NCBI GenBank assembly: GCA_963847445.1
Contig: CAWJZV010000007.1
Coordinates: 160,001 to 224,000 of the forward strand
DNA: 64,000 nucleotides
Direction: 5' to 3'
From: an uncultured delta proteobacterium
GTDB taxonomy: Bacteria > Desulfobacterota > Binatia > UBA9968
Below, piece by piece: positions 40,020 through 49,878 of the stretch (positions are counted from its first letter, which is position 1; every line of letters starts with the position of its first letter). The position numbers and the translations under genes are program-made. The notes beneath the pieces were generated by a model, which was given only the letters and a program-made list of their open reading frames with translations, made no database searches and was not told the origin of the DNA.

Positions 40020-40990
40020 AGCCGCAAAGAACTTAGCGCAGCAGAGCCGCAACCAAATAGGAAAGAGTTTTCACCACGAAGTGCTTCATGAGCTTACGCT
40101 CGTCTACCGAGCATGAAAATACCGGAATCCCCCTCCCGGGGTTCATTCCTTAGATTCGTCATGCCGGCGCAGGCCGGCATCCAGGGGCGGTAGGGGAGAT
40201 GGATACCGGCCTGCGCCGGTATGACGGAACAGAGGGTCGTTATCGATGCGCAGATCATCGCTGCACGTGTATTTTCGAAGGAGGTCCTAGCGCGGCACAG
40301 CCGCAACCAAACGGGAAAGAGTTTTCACCACGAAGGTCCTAGCGCGGCAAGCCGCAACCGAAACTCGGAATATCTCTCGCAAAGACGCAAAGGCCGCAAA
40401 GGCCGGAAAATAACGGTGAATAAATGCTTCAAGATAATTCATCTCTCCCTCCGAACTTGGCGAGCTTTGCGTCTTTGCGAGAGTCAATCCCATGTTCCAG
40501 TATTCCCGGCACCGGAAAATTTGCGCAGACGGAGACAACTATTCAACATAGTAGTACGAAGGGTTCGGAAAGTTATTACTCCGAACTTCGTGCTCTTCGT
40601 GTCCTTCGTGGTGAGATTAAATTTCTTCATTGAGCACGGCAACTTAGGAGTACCGGTACGGAAAATTTGCGCAAGCTGCGCAAACAATCACGGATAGTAG
40701 CACAGGCTTTTCCCCAGACCCGGCCGGGGAAACGAGGTTCGCCTTTCGGCGAATAGCCGCAATCGAAACTCGGAATATCTCTCGCAAAGGCGCTAAGCTC
40801 GCAAAGGTGACGGGCGATGCCCGTCAACCCGAGGGAACACGTGGGATCTAAGAAAGATTTCTCCTTTAGGTCGAAATGACATCCCCTCCGAACTTGGCGT
40901 CTTTGCGCCCCTTCGACGTTGCTCAGGACATGCTTGGCGAGAGGAATTTCCGAATCCGAGAATCTTCGACTCCCGGAATTTTAAAGCCGT
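40020..40990. repeat. Nested cluster of several small intergenic repeat families
   Basis: tagcgc..gccgcaacc units at 40035, 40288 and 40340; gtcat..ccggc..atccag hairpin at 40157-40226; cacgaag-type unit at 40560-40700 (also 56395-56640); cccttcgac..gctcagga at about 40908. Confidence 0.75.
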
Positions 40991-41362
40991 ACGCTATGAC
41001 AAACATGTTGGTGTTAGTTTTTGGATAGCAATGCAACGAAAGCTAAGTTGAATTCTTCTAGTCGCGTCCCGATGCAGATCAGAGACCAACGCGCTGCCCT
41101 AAACTGGTTTGACATTATCGCGTTACCTTTGGTACAGGCCTGATGCAGTAAGCGCCTCACAGATGCGATCATGATCGACGAGGGGAAACGTCATGTTACC
41201 CCGAAGCGCACTTCCATCAGACTTGTTTGAAGCCAACCGCTGCGGCAATGTTTGGCGCCAGAGTGTGCTGGCAGATTTATTTGTGAAATCCGCCGTTAGC
41301 AGAATTCTTAGTTTCTCGTTGGCCGTGCCTCAGTGGCGATTTTTCTGAGAGGAGAACAATCT

Positions 41363-42046
41363 ATGCCTCCGAACACGGGCAACCGGCAGTTCGTCGACTC
41401 CGTAATCAGGGAGATCATCCAGCCGGGCATGGACCGGCTGATGGAGAGCCGCTACTTCTCCGACCTGCGAGCAGGCAAGCTCACCACCCGCCGGATCCAA
41501 GGCTTCGCCTTGCAGCACTACATCCACAATATGGGCATTCTCAAGGCGTTCGCCCTTGGGGCGACCCAACACGCCGCCGATGACCGGACGTTTACAGCGT
41601 ACGCCACCGCGATGGGCGAGGAACTGACCCATCCCAACATGTGCAAGACTTTGGGCTTCTCCTTGGGACTCACGGAGACCGACTTCGACAAGGCCGTGCC
41701 GGTGCGCGGCGCCCTGGTGCACACAGCGGTGTGCATTCACGGCATATTCCTGGTGTCCGTCGCTGAGATGCGTGCCATGGCGCTGTCCAACGAGACGATG
41801 GTGCAAGGTTACGCCACAGAGTTCGACGAATACCTGGCGAAGGAACCATACAACATGTCGGAGCAAGCCCGCGAGTTCTTCATCGTTCACAAGGGCGCCG
41901 ACGTCGAGCACACCGAGCGCTCGGCCGCCGCCATCGCGGCGAGCGCGACCAGCGACGAGGATCAGGAGAAGGTTCGGACGATCTGCCGGAACATGGCCGG
42001 GTTCAAGCTCGGCAAGTTCGACAGCATCTACGACGAATACGCCTGA
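41363..42046 (+). CDS. Heme-oxygenase-like (TenA/PqqC/CADD) putative diiron redox enzyme
   Basis: EELTH, SNE, FFIVH-x3-D-x2-H ligand pattern; GAGGAG RBS. Confidence 0.75.
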   Translation: MPPNTGNRQFVDSVIREIIQPGMDRLMESRYFSDLRAGKLTTRRIQGFALQHYIHNMGILKAFALGATQHAADDRTFTAYATAMGEELTHPNMCKTLGFSLGLTETDFDKAVPVRGALVHTAVCIHGIFLVSVAEMRAMALSNETMVQGYATEFDEYLAKEPYNMSEQAREFFIVHKGADVEHTERSAAAIAASATSDEDQEKVRTICRNMAGFKLGKFDSIYDEYA

Positions 42047-42349
42047 CTGTAGTACGGCTGCACAAAACCTTGCTTGCGGGATTTTGTTGCGCAAGCACGC
42101 AATCGTCAGTTGATCAGGTTGGCGGCACCACATCGGCGTGCGTCGATCGATTTAATCCTTATGTTTTCGTCGCTCAAGCGTCGTTCAGGTTAAGACCGTG
42201 ATCAGTGCATGCATGTTTGGTTCAGACCAACATAGTGTTAGCCGCACGCTTTGGCTTCTTTTTCTTGCAGATCGTCAGCTTTTTGTGGTTGAGTGGGAGC
42301 CTGCTGACCAAGCTGAATGGCAGCGCACAGCCGGTTGCAGCGGACCGTG

Positions 42350-43457
42350 ATGGATAAAGTCTTCGGCAAGATAATTTTCCGCCAGCTATTCGACGCCGCT
42401 TCGTCGACCTATACCTACGTGGTGGGCGACCCGCAAAGCCTGCAGGCCGTGATCATCGACACGGTCTTCGAGCAACACTTCCGCGATCGCGCGCTGCTGG
42501 AGGAACTCGGGTTGAAGCTGCTCGCCGTGCTCGACACCCACTGTCACGCCGACCACGTGACCGGCGCATGGTTGATGCAACAGGCCACCGGTTGCCGGAT
42601 CGGCATTTCGCGGCGCTACGGCGCTGCGGTGCAGGGGGCGGACCTGCGTTTCGATCATGGCGATCGGGTGGCCTTCGGGGAACGCTATCTGGAAGTGCGC
42701 GCCACGCCCGGCCACACCGACGGCTGCGTCACCTACGTGACCGACGACCACGGCATGGCGTTCACCGGCGACTGTCTGCTGATCCGCGGCGCCGGTCGCT
42801 GCGATTTCCAGCAGGGCAACGCCGGCACGCTGTACCGCTCGATCACCGAGCAGATCTTCAGCCTGCCGGACGACTCGCTGATTTTTCCCGGCCACGACTA
42901 CAGCGGCCGCACCATGTCTTCGGTGCGCGAGGAGCGGGCGCACAATCCGCGCATCGGCGGCCAATGCCGATGAGCGCGACTTTGTCGGCTTCATGGAAAA
43001 CCTCAACCTGCCGCATCCCAAGCAGATTGACGTTGCCGTGCCGGCGAATCTGCGGTGCGGCAAGCCGGAGAATGAAAAGGTGCCGCGGCCGGCGGACTGG
43101 GGGCCGGTGCGGCGGAGCTACGCCGGGCTGCTCGAGATCGATCCGGAGTGGGTCGCCGAACATCTCGCTGAAGTCCACGTCCTCGACGTGCGCCAACGCG
43201 AAGAACTGGAGGACAGGCTGGGCCACATCGCCACGGCTCAATGTGTCCCGTTAAACGAACTGAAAGACCGCCTGGGGGAAATTCCCAAGGACAAGCCGGT
43301 GATTCCGGTGTGCCACGCGGGCATGCGATCCGGCCAGGCCACGGTCATCCTCCGCGATGCCGGCTTTACTCGGGTAGCCAACCTGCATGGCGGCATGCTG
43401 TTGTGGCAGCAGATGGGGCTGCCGGTAGTGCGCGGCACAAGCCCTTTAACTAAGTAA
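42350..43457 (+). CDS. Persulfide dioxygenase (ETHE1-like)-rhodanese fusion (frameshift near 42960)
   Basis: FRQLFD-x2-SSTYTY, THCHADH, TPGHT, GRCDFQ, PGHDY; C-terminal LDVR..CHAGMRS..L-x-GG. Confidence 0.9.
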
Positions 43458-43609
43458 AAATATGAAACGGCCAATTATTTGAGTGCTCGGTGACGAAGCC
43501 AGAGCGAATTCCTATCAATCATGGTCCATGAACGGCCTCTCCTCTGCGCGAGCTAGAGCCGCATCGCTGCGCTCGCCGGGCCAGTTTCAGCGACCGCGTC
43601 AGGTGAGAC

Positions 43610-46357
43610 ATGGCTGACAGCTCACGAAATCTGATCGTTCTCTCGGACGGCACCGGCAACAGCGCGTCGACGCCGTTCAAGACCAACGTCTGGCGCCTGT
43701 ATCAGGCGATTACTCTCACGGACGGAAGCCAACTCGCCGCCTTCGGTGATGGCGTCGGCACCTCCAGTATCAAGATCCTGCGGGTGCTCGGGCTCGCCCT
43801 CGGCGTCGGGGTGAAGCGCAACGTGCTGAACCTCTACAAATTTCTCTGTCGTAATTATCAGGATGGCGATCGTATCTGGGCGTTCGGCTTCAGCCGCGGC
43901 GCTTTCACCGTGCGCGTGCTGGCTGCGCTGATTCATCACGAGGGCCTGGTCACTTTCGAATCGGAGGCGGAGCTCAATCGCAACGCTCTCGCCGCGTACC
44001 GCGCCTATCGCAAGCAGGCGTTCGCGACGATGATACCGTGGGTCGTAATCGGCCGGTATTTTCGCGACCGGTTGACCTCCCTGTGGAACCTGATGACGGG
44101 ATCACGCTCTTACGAGGCGGTCAAGAAAGATACCGCCGATCGCGGCCGCGATCGCATCAATGTTCATTTTCTCGGAGTGTGGGATACCGTCGTCGCCTAT
44201 GGCCTGCCGGTCGACGAGCTTACGCAGGCGGTCGACAAATGGGTCTGGCCGATGAAATTCCGCGACGATTCCTTGTTACCCAACGTGCAGTACGCTCGGC
44301 ACGCACTGAGTCTCGACGACGAGCGCAGAACCTTTCATCCGATTCTCTGGAACGAGACGAAGCTCAAGGGCACAACAGAAGGGAACTCACCTGACCGGCT
44401 GGAACAGGTCTGGTTTGCCGGAGCCCATTCCGATGTTGGCGGCGGTTATCCCGATGACGGCCTGTCCTACGTGCCGCTTTGTTGGATGTTGCAAGAAGCC
44501 GCCGAAAAGGGGCTGCGCTTAGAGCCATCCGTCTTCGATTCATATATTGCCCTTGCCGCGCCGACCGGACGCATCTACGACCCGCGCTCCGGCTTCGGTG
44601 TCTTTTGGCGTTACCAGCCGCGCGACGCTCAGCTGCTTATGGGTGAAGGCATCACGCCGATTGTCCATGGCAGTGTGATGATGCGGATGACCTGCGGCAG
44701 CGACGGCTATGCGCCGATCTCACTGCCGGAGAGGATTACTGTGCTCGCGCCGCACGGACCGCCGGTCGCTTTCGAAGCGGCTGCGGTGAAGGAAGCCTTG
44801 CGTGAAGTGGAGAAGAGGTTGGCGGAAGCCAATTCCGCCGGCAAGCCGCTCTCCGACGATGAACGGCGCGCCTGGCAAATGCGCCACCGCGTCCTCACCT
44901 CGGTCGATGAGCTGGTGACCGCCGCGATCGCGCGCCCCCAGCGCACGGACATCTTCAAGCTTGTGCTCGATACCGTGTGGTGGCGCCGCGTCGTCTATTT
45001 TGTCTCACTGGCCCTGGTGCTAATCGTCGCGGTTTTCCCGCTGGTGGCGCAATATCTGCGCATCGAGGGCGTGACCGATCACCTGAATGACAGAGCGGGA
45101 GGGCCGGTGGATTGGACCCTCGGCTTGATCAAGGGCTTTTTGCCGGGACTTGCCGAGCCTTGGCTCACCGCGCTCGTACGCAATCCCGCCGGGGCGGCGC
45201 TCGTCGTTGTTGCCCTGTTCGCAAGCCTCGGCTTCAGCGGGCTCCTGCGCAAGCGCATCTGCGACCGAGCGCGCGGCGCATGGAACGTGCAGACGCGGGT
45301 GAGCGGGGTCGTGATCGATTGCCTGCGGCCGACCGGACAACGCCATGCCTTGGCCAATGCAACATTGATCTTTGTCGTCCTGGCAATTGCGGCACGGGCG
45401 CTTTCGAGTCCGCCATGGCTCTTCCTGCTGTTTGTCTGCAGTGCTATCGCGTGCGGGCTCGGATGGGCTTTCCGCAGGTTCGTGCGCCCTGCCGGCAGGA
45501 CCAACCCGGCAATGCCGGGCTTCCTGCTAAACTTTGCGCGGGTGGTGCGGACATCTCCCGCCGCGGTTCTAGGCTACCGATTCGTCGCCCGAACGCTCGC
45601 ACCCATGGCCTTCCTCGCTGTGACCGCAGCCCTCGCCCTTTCCGTCACGCATCGCGCTCTCTTTGACCTCGTGAGCACGGGTGGGTCCTACTGTGTGGCC
45701 ACACCGGAGAAAGCGTCGGCGCAAGATGAAAAGCTCGGTGGGGCGACCTTCCGAACCGACTCGATGTGTCACGCAACCGGGCTCCGGCTGATCGTCGGCC
45801 GCAAGTATCGCATTCGCCTCGACATGGACGAGGGCGTGAACGGCGAGTGGTTCGACAAGGGCATACGCGCCGACGTCGCGGGGTTCAGCGCCGACAGCAT
45901 TCGGCATTACACGGCGGCGCCGCTCAAGCGCTGGTGGCGGGAGAACTGGTTTCAGCCGATTGCGCGCATCGGCGAGGTTGGTAATTACGAGCATGTGCTC
46001 CAGCCTGATGCGCCTTTGCCGTCGGTCCGTTTCAAAGACTGCCGGCCCCCTCAGGAGGAACTCTCGGGTTTGGACGCGATCAAGAATACACCGTTGCCCG
46101 CGCCGGAGGAGTTCAAGAAGAAGCAGCTCGACTGCGAAGCTCGCGACCCCAAGCGCTTGCGGCCGAACCGGGTGCTGATTTCCGACATCACGGCAAATGC
46201 GACAGGTGAACTTTTTCTCTACGTCAATGACGCCATCCTGATGGTCCCAGGCCTGACCAACGTCTTCTACCGCAACAACAGCGGTAGCGCGAAAGTCACG
46301 GTCACGCGAATTCTCGCGACATCGCTCATTGAGGCACCCGTGACGGATAACCAATAG
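43610..46357 (+). CDS. DUF2235 (Tle1-like alpha/beta hydrolase) membrane protein
   Basis: DGTGN, TNV, GFSRGA, GVWDTV, HALSLDDERR, QVWFAGAHSDVGGGY; several TM helices; C-terminal beta-rich domain. Confidence 0.88.
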   Translation: MADSSRNLIVLSDGTGNSASTPFKTNVWRLYQAITLTDGSQLAAFGDGVGTSSIKILRVLGLALGVGVKRNVLNLYKFLCRNYQDGDRIWAFGFSRGAFTVRVLAALIHHEGLVTFESEAELNRNALAAYRAYRKQAFATMIPWVVIGRYFRDRLTSLWNLMTGSRSYEAVKKDTADRGRDRINVHFLGVWDTVVAYGLPVDELTQAVDKWVWPMKFRDDSLLPNVQYARHALSLDDERRTFHPILWNETKLKGTTEGNSPDRLEQVWFAGAHSDVGGGYPDDGLSYVPLCWMLQEAAEKGLRLEPSVFDSYIALAAPTGRIYDPRSGFGVFWRYQPRDAQLLMGEGITPIVHGSVMMRMTCGSDGYAPISLPERITVLAPHGPPVAFEAAAVKEALREVEKRLAEANSAGKPLSDDERRAWQMRHRVLTSVDELVTAAIARPQRTDIFKLVLDTVWWRRVVYFVSLALVLIVAVFPLVAQYLRIEGVTDHLNDRAGGPVDWTLGLIKGFLPGLAEPWLTALVRNPAGAALVVVALFASLGFSGLLRKRICDRARGAWNVQTRVSGVVIDCLRPTGQRHALANATLIFVVLAIAARALSSPPWLFLLFVCSAIACGLGWAFRRFVRPAGRTNPAMPGFLLNFARVVRTSPAAVLGYRFVARTLAPMAFLAVTAALALSVTHRALFDLVSTGGSYCVATPEKASAQDEKLGGATFRTDSMCHATGLRLIVGRKYRIRLDMDEGVNGEWFDKGIRADVAGFSADSIRHYTAAPLKRWWRENWFQPIARIGEVGNYEHVLQPDAPLPSVRFKDCRPPQEELSGLDAIKNTPLPAPEEFKKKQLDCEARDPKRLRPNRVLISDITANATGELFLYVNDAILMVPGLTNVFYRNNSGSAKVTVTRILATSLIEAPVTDNQ

Positions 46358-46553
46358 CCATGCTTGCGCTGGCGCTCAGCTTTGTAACGGCCCAAACGCG
46401 GACCTCGCCCCGGCGGCAGATTCACAAACGTAAGAGTACGCTGGGTTATCACGAGTAGCTTAAGATGTTGCGAGACGTGGCAGCTACCGCGACATTTTAG
46501 GGTTGACATCTTTTTTTTCCTAGTCGATAAATCGCTGTGTTCGGCGCGTCCGT

Positions 46554-46690
46554 GACCTCCTTCGAAAATACATGTGAGGGGTGATATGCACAACAAAGAG
46601 CTTGCGGGGCTCCGTCATACCCGCGAAAGCGGGTATCCAGACTAATTCGGCGCAGAACAAACCTGGATTCCCGCGTGCGCGGGAATGACG
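46554..46690. repeat. Composite REP-like element (GAAAATACA-x-GT + GTCATACCCGCG..GGGTATCCAG..CTGGATTCCCGC..GGGAATGAC)
   Basis: Direct copy at 48305-48428; inverted relative at 40157-40286. Confidence 0.8.
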
Positions 46691-46818
46691 AATTGAGGGG
46701 ATCATGTTCTGGGAATGCCAACCATTTTCATGCTCTGTAGGCGAGCGTGCTCATGAAGCACTTCGTGGAGGATGCGACTTTTAGGGGAAACGAAATTACC
46801 TGTAAGGAGGGAGGATTT

Positions 46819-47421
46819 ATGGCATACAAACTCGAAGGCAGCCTTCTCGAAGTCTGCAATTGCGACGTGCTTTGTCCCTGCTGGGTCGGCATGGACCCGG
46901 ATAATGGCACTTGCGATACGGCGTTGGCGCACCATTTCGAAAAAGGCGACATCGACGGCGTAGATGTGTCGGGCCTCACTATGGGATTCACCGCGCATGT
47001 TCCCGGCAACATCTTGCAAGGCAACTGGCGCGTCGTCGTGCACATCGATGAGCGCGCCACGCAACAGCAGGAAGATGCGCTGCTCACGGTGTACACAGGT
47101 AAACAGGGCGGTCCGGTCGCCGACCTGGTGAAATTGATCGGCGAGGTAGTTTCCGTCGAGCGCTCGCCGATCACCTTTCAAGTTTCGGAAGGCAAAGGAA
47201 CCTTGCGCATCGGCAACGTGGCCGACTGTGAGATGGAGCCTTTTCGCGGTCCCAACGGCGAGGTGACAACGCTGCGTGATTCGATATTCACGACCATTCC
47301 CGGTTCGCCGGCGTACGTCGCCAAGGCGACCAAGTACAGGATGAACAATCCTGCCCTCGGGCAAAACATCGACCTCAAGGATCACAACGCGATCCAGGGA
47401 AGATTCATCTTCCAGAGCTAA
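46819..47421 (+). CDS. DUF1326 family protein
   Basis: EVCNCDVLCPC, G-x-IDGVDVSGL, IDERAT-x2-Q-x-DAL; AGGAGG RBS. Confidence 0.88.
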   Translation: MAYKLEGSLLEVCNCDVLCPCWVGMDPDNGTCDTALAHHFEKGDIDGVDVSGLTMGFTAHVPGNILQGNWRVVVHIDERATQQQEDALLTVYTGKQGGPVADLVKLIGEVVSVERSPITFQVSEGKGTLRIGNVADCEMEPFRGPNGEVTTLRDSIFTTIPGSPAYVAKATKYRMNNPALGQNIDLKDHNAIQGRFIFQS

Positions 47422-47436
47422 GATCCCGCGCCCGGA

Positions 47437-48225
47437 GTGAGACAACGATTCGGGGGAAAATCTATGGCCGACCGTAGAGCTTTCATTGGCTTGATGGCGT
47501 CGCTGGTGGTTCTGGCGTGGTGCGCGCTGTGGATCTGGGATCGCTCGCCCTATGGCCGCTACCTCGGCCACGGGCAAATCGGCGCCATCGGGGCCGATTC
47601 TCTGCTGCTGCCGATTACACTCTACCTGGTCGGTTGGACGCTGATGACAGTGGCCATGATGTTGCCGACGATCCTGCCGCTGCTGGAAATTTTCCGGCGC
47701 TTGACCGCGCGGCGCCAGGATCAGTTTCAGCTCTTGGCCCTGGTGATCGCGGGCTATCTGGGGGTATGGCTGGGCTTCGGTATTTTTGCTCACGGCGCCG
47801 ATTGGCTGCTGCACGAAATCGTCGAGCGCAGTTCCTGGCTTGAAGCCAACGCGTGGCTTATCGGCGCAGGCACGCTGCTCCTCGCCGGCGGCTTTCAGTT
47901 TAGCCGCTGGAAATACCGCTGCCTCGACAAGTGCCGCGCGCCGTTGAGTTTCGTCACCGAGTACTGGCGCGGCCGCCACGAGCGGCGCAATGCATTTTTG
48001 CTCGGACTTCATCACGGCCTGTTTTGCGTCGGCTGTTGCTGGGCGTTGATGCTCTTGATGTTCGCGGTCGGGGTCGGCAATGTCGCCTGGATGTTGGTGG
48101 TCGGGGCGGTGATGGCCGCGGAGAAGAACTTGCCGTGGGGCCGCAAACTGAGCGCGCCGGTGGGCGTCGCTCTGCTCGGCTGGGGCGGGATGATTTTACT
48201 CAATCGTTTGGTTCTTCTGGGTTGA
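47437..48225 (+). CDS. DUF2182 predicted metal-binding integral membrane protein
   Basis: W-x-LMTVAMMLP, FQFS-x-WK-x-RCL-x-KCR-x-P, CVGCCWALM, EK. Confidence 0.9.
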   Translation: MRQRFGGKSMADRRAFIGLMASLVVLAWCALWIWDRSPYGRYLGHGQIGAIGADSLLLPITLYLVGWTLMTVAMMLPTILPLLEIFRRLTARRQDQFQLLALVIAGYLGVWLGFGIFAHGADWLLHEIVERSSWLEANAWLIGAGTLLLAGGFQFSRWKYRCLDKCRAPLSFVTEYWRGRHERRNAFLLGLHHGLFCVGCCWALMLLMFAVGVGNVAWMLVVGAVMAAEKNLPWGRKLSAPVGVALLGWGGMILLNRLVLLG

Positions 48226-48304
48226 CTGTGGCCACGAAGGACCGAAGCGCGCAAATTTCGGAGGTGTCGTCATCCGCAACCTTGGTGTCCTTCGCGCACT
48301 CTTA

Positions 48305-48428
48305 GAAAATACACGTCAGGCGATGGTCTGCACACGAAGAGGCAGCGGTTCCGTCATACCCGCGAACGCGGGTATCCAGGCTAATCGGGCGCAGACCAAT
48401 CCTGGATTCCCGCGTGCGCGGGATGACG
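48305..48428. repeat. Composite REP-like element, second direct copy
   Basis: Matches 46564-46690. Confidence 0.8.
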
Positions 48429-48596
48429 AGTCGAGCAAATGGCTATGCGATCCATCTTCATTGTCTGTCGTCGAGCGCAAGCTCATGACGCTTCGTGGTG
48501 CATAAAACAAACCGAACCCGGCGCACCGCACAACGCCTGAATAACCAATCATTTTGATCGCGGTCAAAAGTAACATCCAGCGAGAGGTTGGCGCAT

Positions 48597-49709
48597 ATGG
48601 AACAAAACAGCGCGAACAAATATTTCCCAACGGTTGGCGACGGCAGCGGCCTGGCTCAAACCGATGCGCTGCATAAAGAGGAGCTGCAGCTCGCGCTGCG
48701 CAATCGCGGCATGCCGCTGGAGGCGCTGCGCTATCCGATCACGCCAACCGGCCTGCACTATCTGCTGATCCATTACGACATACCGGCGGTGGACGCCGAC
48801 GGATGGCGCCTGAAAATCGCCGGCCAAGTCGCTACCCCCCTCGAGCTGACTCTGGAGGAAATTAAAAAGCGGCCGCGCCAAACCATCCCGGTGACCATGG
48901 AATGCGCCGGCAACGGCCGGGCGTTATTTGCGCCGCGGCGCATCAGCCAACCCTGGCTACTCGAAGCCATCGGCACCGCCGAGTGGACCGGCACGCCGCT
49001 TCGAACCATCCTGCAGGAAGCCGGCGTCAGCGGCGCTGCCGCGGAAATTGTTTTTACCGGTTTGGATCGCGGCGTCGAAGGCGATCAGGTGCAACACTAC
49101 CAGCGCAGTCTGACCGTCGAAGAAGCGACCAAGGCCGAGGTTTTGCTGGTCTATGAAATGAACGGCGAGCCGCTGCCGCCGCAGCACGGCTATCCGCTAA
49201 GGCTGGTGAAGCCGGGCTGGTACGGCATGGCGAGCGTGAAATGGCTGAACCGAATCGAAGCCGTTGCCGAGCCGTTTCAAGGCTATCAAATGGTCCGCGC
49301 CTACCGTTACGCGCAGTCGGCCGACGACCCGGGAGAGGTGGTCGACGTGATCAGAGCGCGCGCCCTGATGATTCCTCCCGGCATTCCGGACTTCATGACC
49401 CGCGACCGGCTCGTCGACGCCGGTGCCGTGACGCTCACGGGCAAAGCGTGGGCAGGGAATGGCGGCGTGTCGCGTGTCGAAGTCAGCGTCGACGGCGGCG
49501 CGACCTGGTCCGATGCCCAACTCGGCGAATCGGCATCACCCTTTGCCTGGAGATCATGGACATTCGAATGGCATGCCACAGCGGGCGCGCACCTGCTCCA
49601 GGTGCGCGCGAGCGATGCCATCGGCAACGTGCAGCCGGCCGTGCAGCAGTGGAATTTTGGCGGCTATGGCAACAACGGCGTGCAGCGCGTAAATGTCGTC
49701 GTGCGGTAA
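48597..49709 (+). CDS. Sulfite-oxidase-family molybdoenzyme
   Basis: MECAGNGR, A-x-WTG, MNGEPLP-x2-HGYPLRL, PGWYG-x-ASVKWL, RVEVS-x-DGG-x-TW, WN-x-GGY-x-NN; no Tat signal. Confidence 0.92.
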   Translation: MEQNSANKYFPTVGDGSGLAQTDALHKEELQLALRNRGMPLEALRYPITPTGLHYLLIHYDIPAVDADGWRLKIAGQVATPLELTLEEIKKRPRQTIPVTMECAGNGRALFAPRRISQPWLLEAIGTAEWTGTPLRTILQEAGVSGAAAEIVFTGLDRGVEGDQVQHYQRSLTVEEATKAEVLLVYEMNGEPLPPQHGYPLRLVKPGWYGMASVKWLNRIEAVAEPFQGYQMVRAYRYAQSADDPGEVVDVIRARALMIPPGIPDFMTRDRLVDAGAVTLTGKAWAGNGGVSRVEVSVDGGATWSDAQLGESASPFAWRSWTFEWHATAGAHLLQVRASDAIGNVQPAVQQWNFGGYGNNGVQRVNVVVR

Positions 49710-49878
49710 ATCATTTCACCGGTGTCTGAGAAAAAAAACCCGAAATCAGGTCCGGCAATGAGATACATCTCCTGACGTCCAACTCATCTGTCGGGCTCGA
49801 GCATTGCCAACAACCGCACTGTTCCTGTTTGCCCGAGCGCGATTGTCTTTGATTAGGAAAGCCCTAACGGTTCCACTT

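Noticed and set aside
40221-40697. 158-aa ORF within the repeat cluster
   Set aside because: Made entirely of repeat units; no RBS or protein-like features
40020-40990. CRISPR array
   Set aside because: Repeat units vary in sequence, spacing and orientation; no constant repeat-spacer period and no cas genes
41140-41300. TPP or other riboswitch upstream of the TenA-like gene
   Set aside because: No CUGAGA / CCUGA..UAAU..GCG-x-AGG consensus visible
46819-48225. Selenoprotein recoding in Cys-rich DUF1326/DUF2182 or other split ORFs
   Set aside because: Cys motifs use Cys codons; split ORFs continue in other frames rather than past an in-frame TGA
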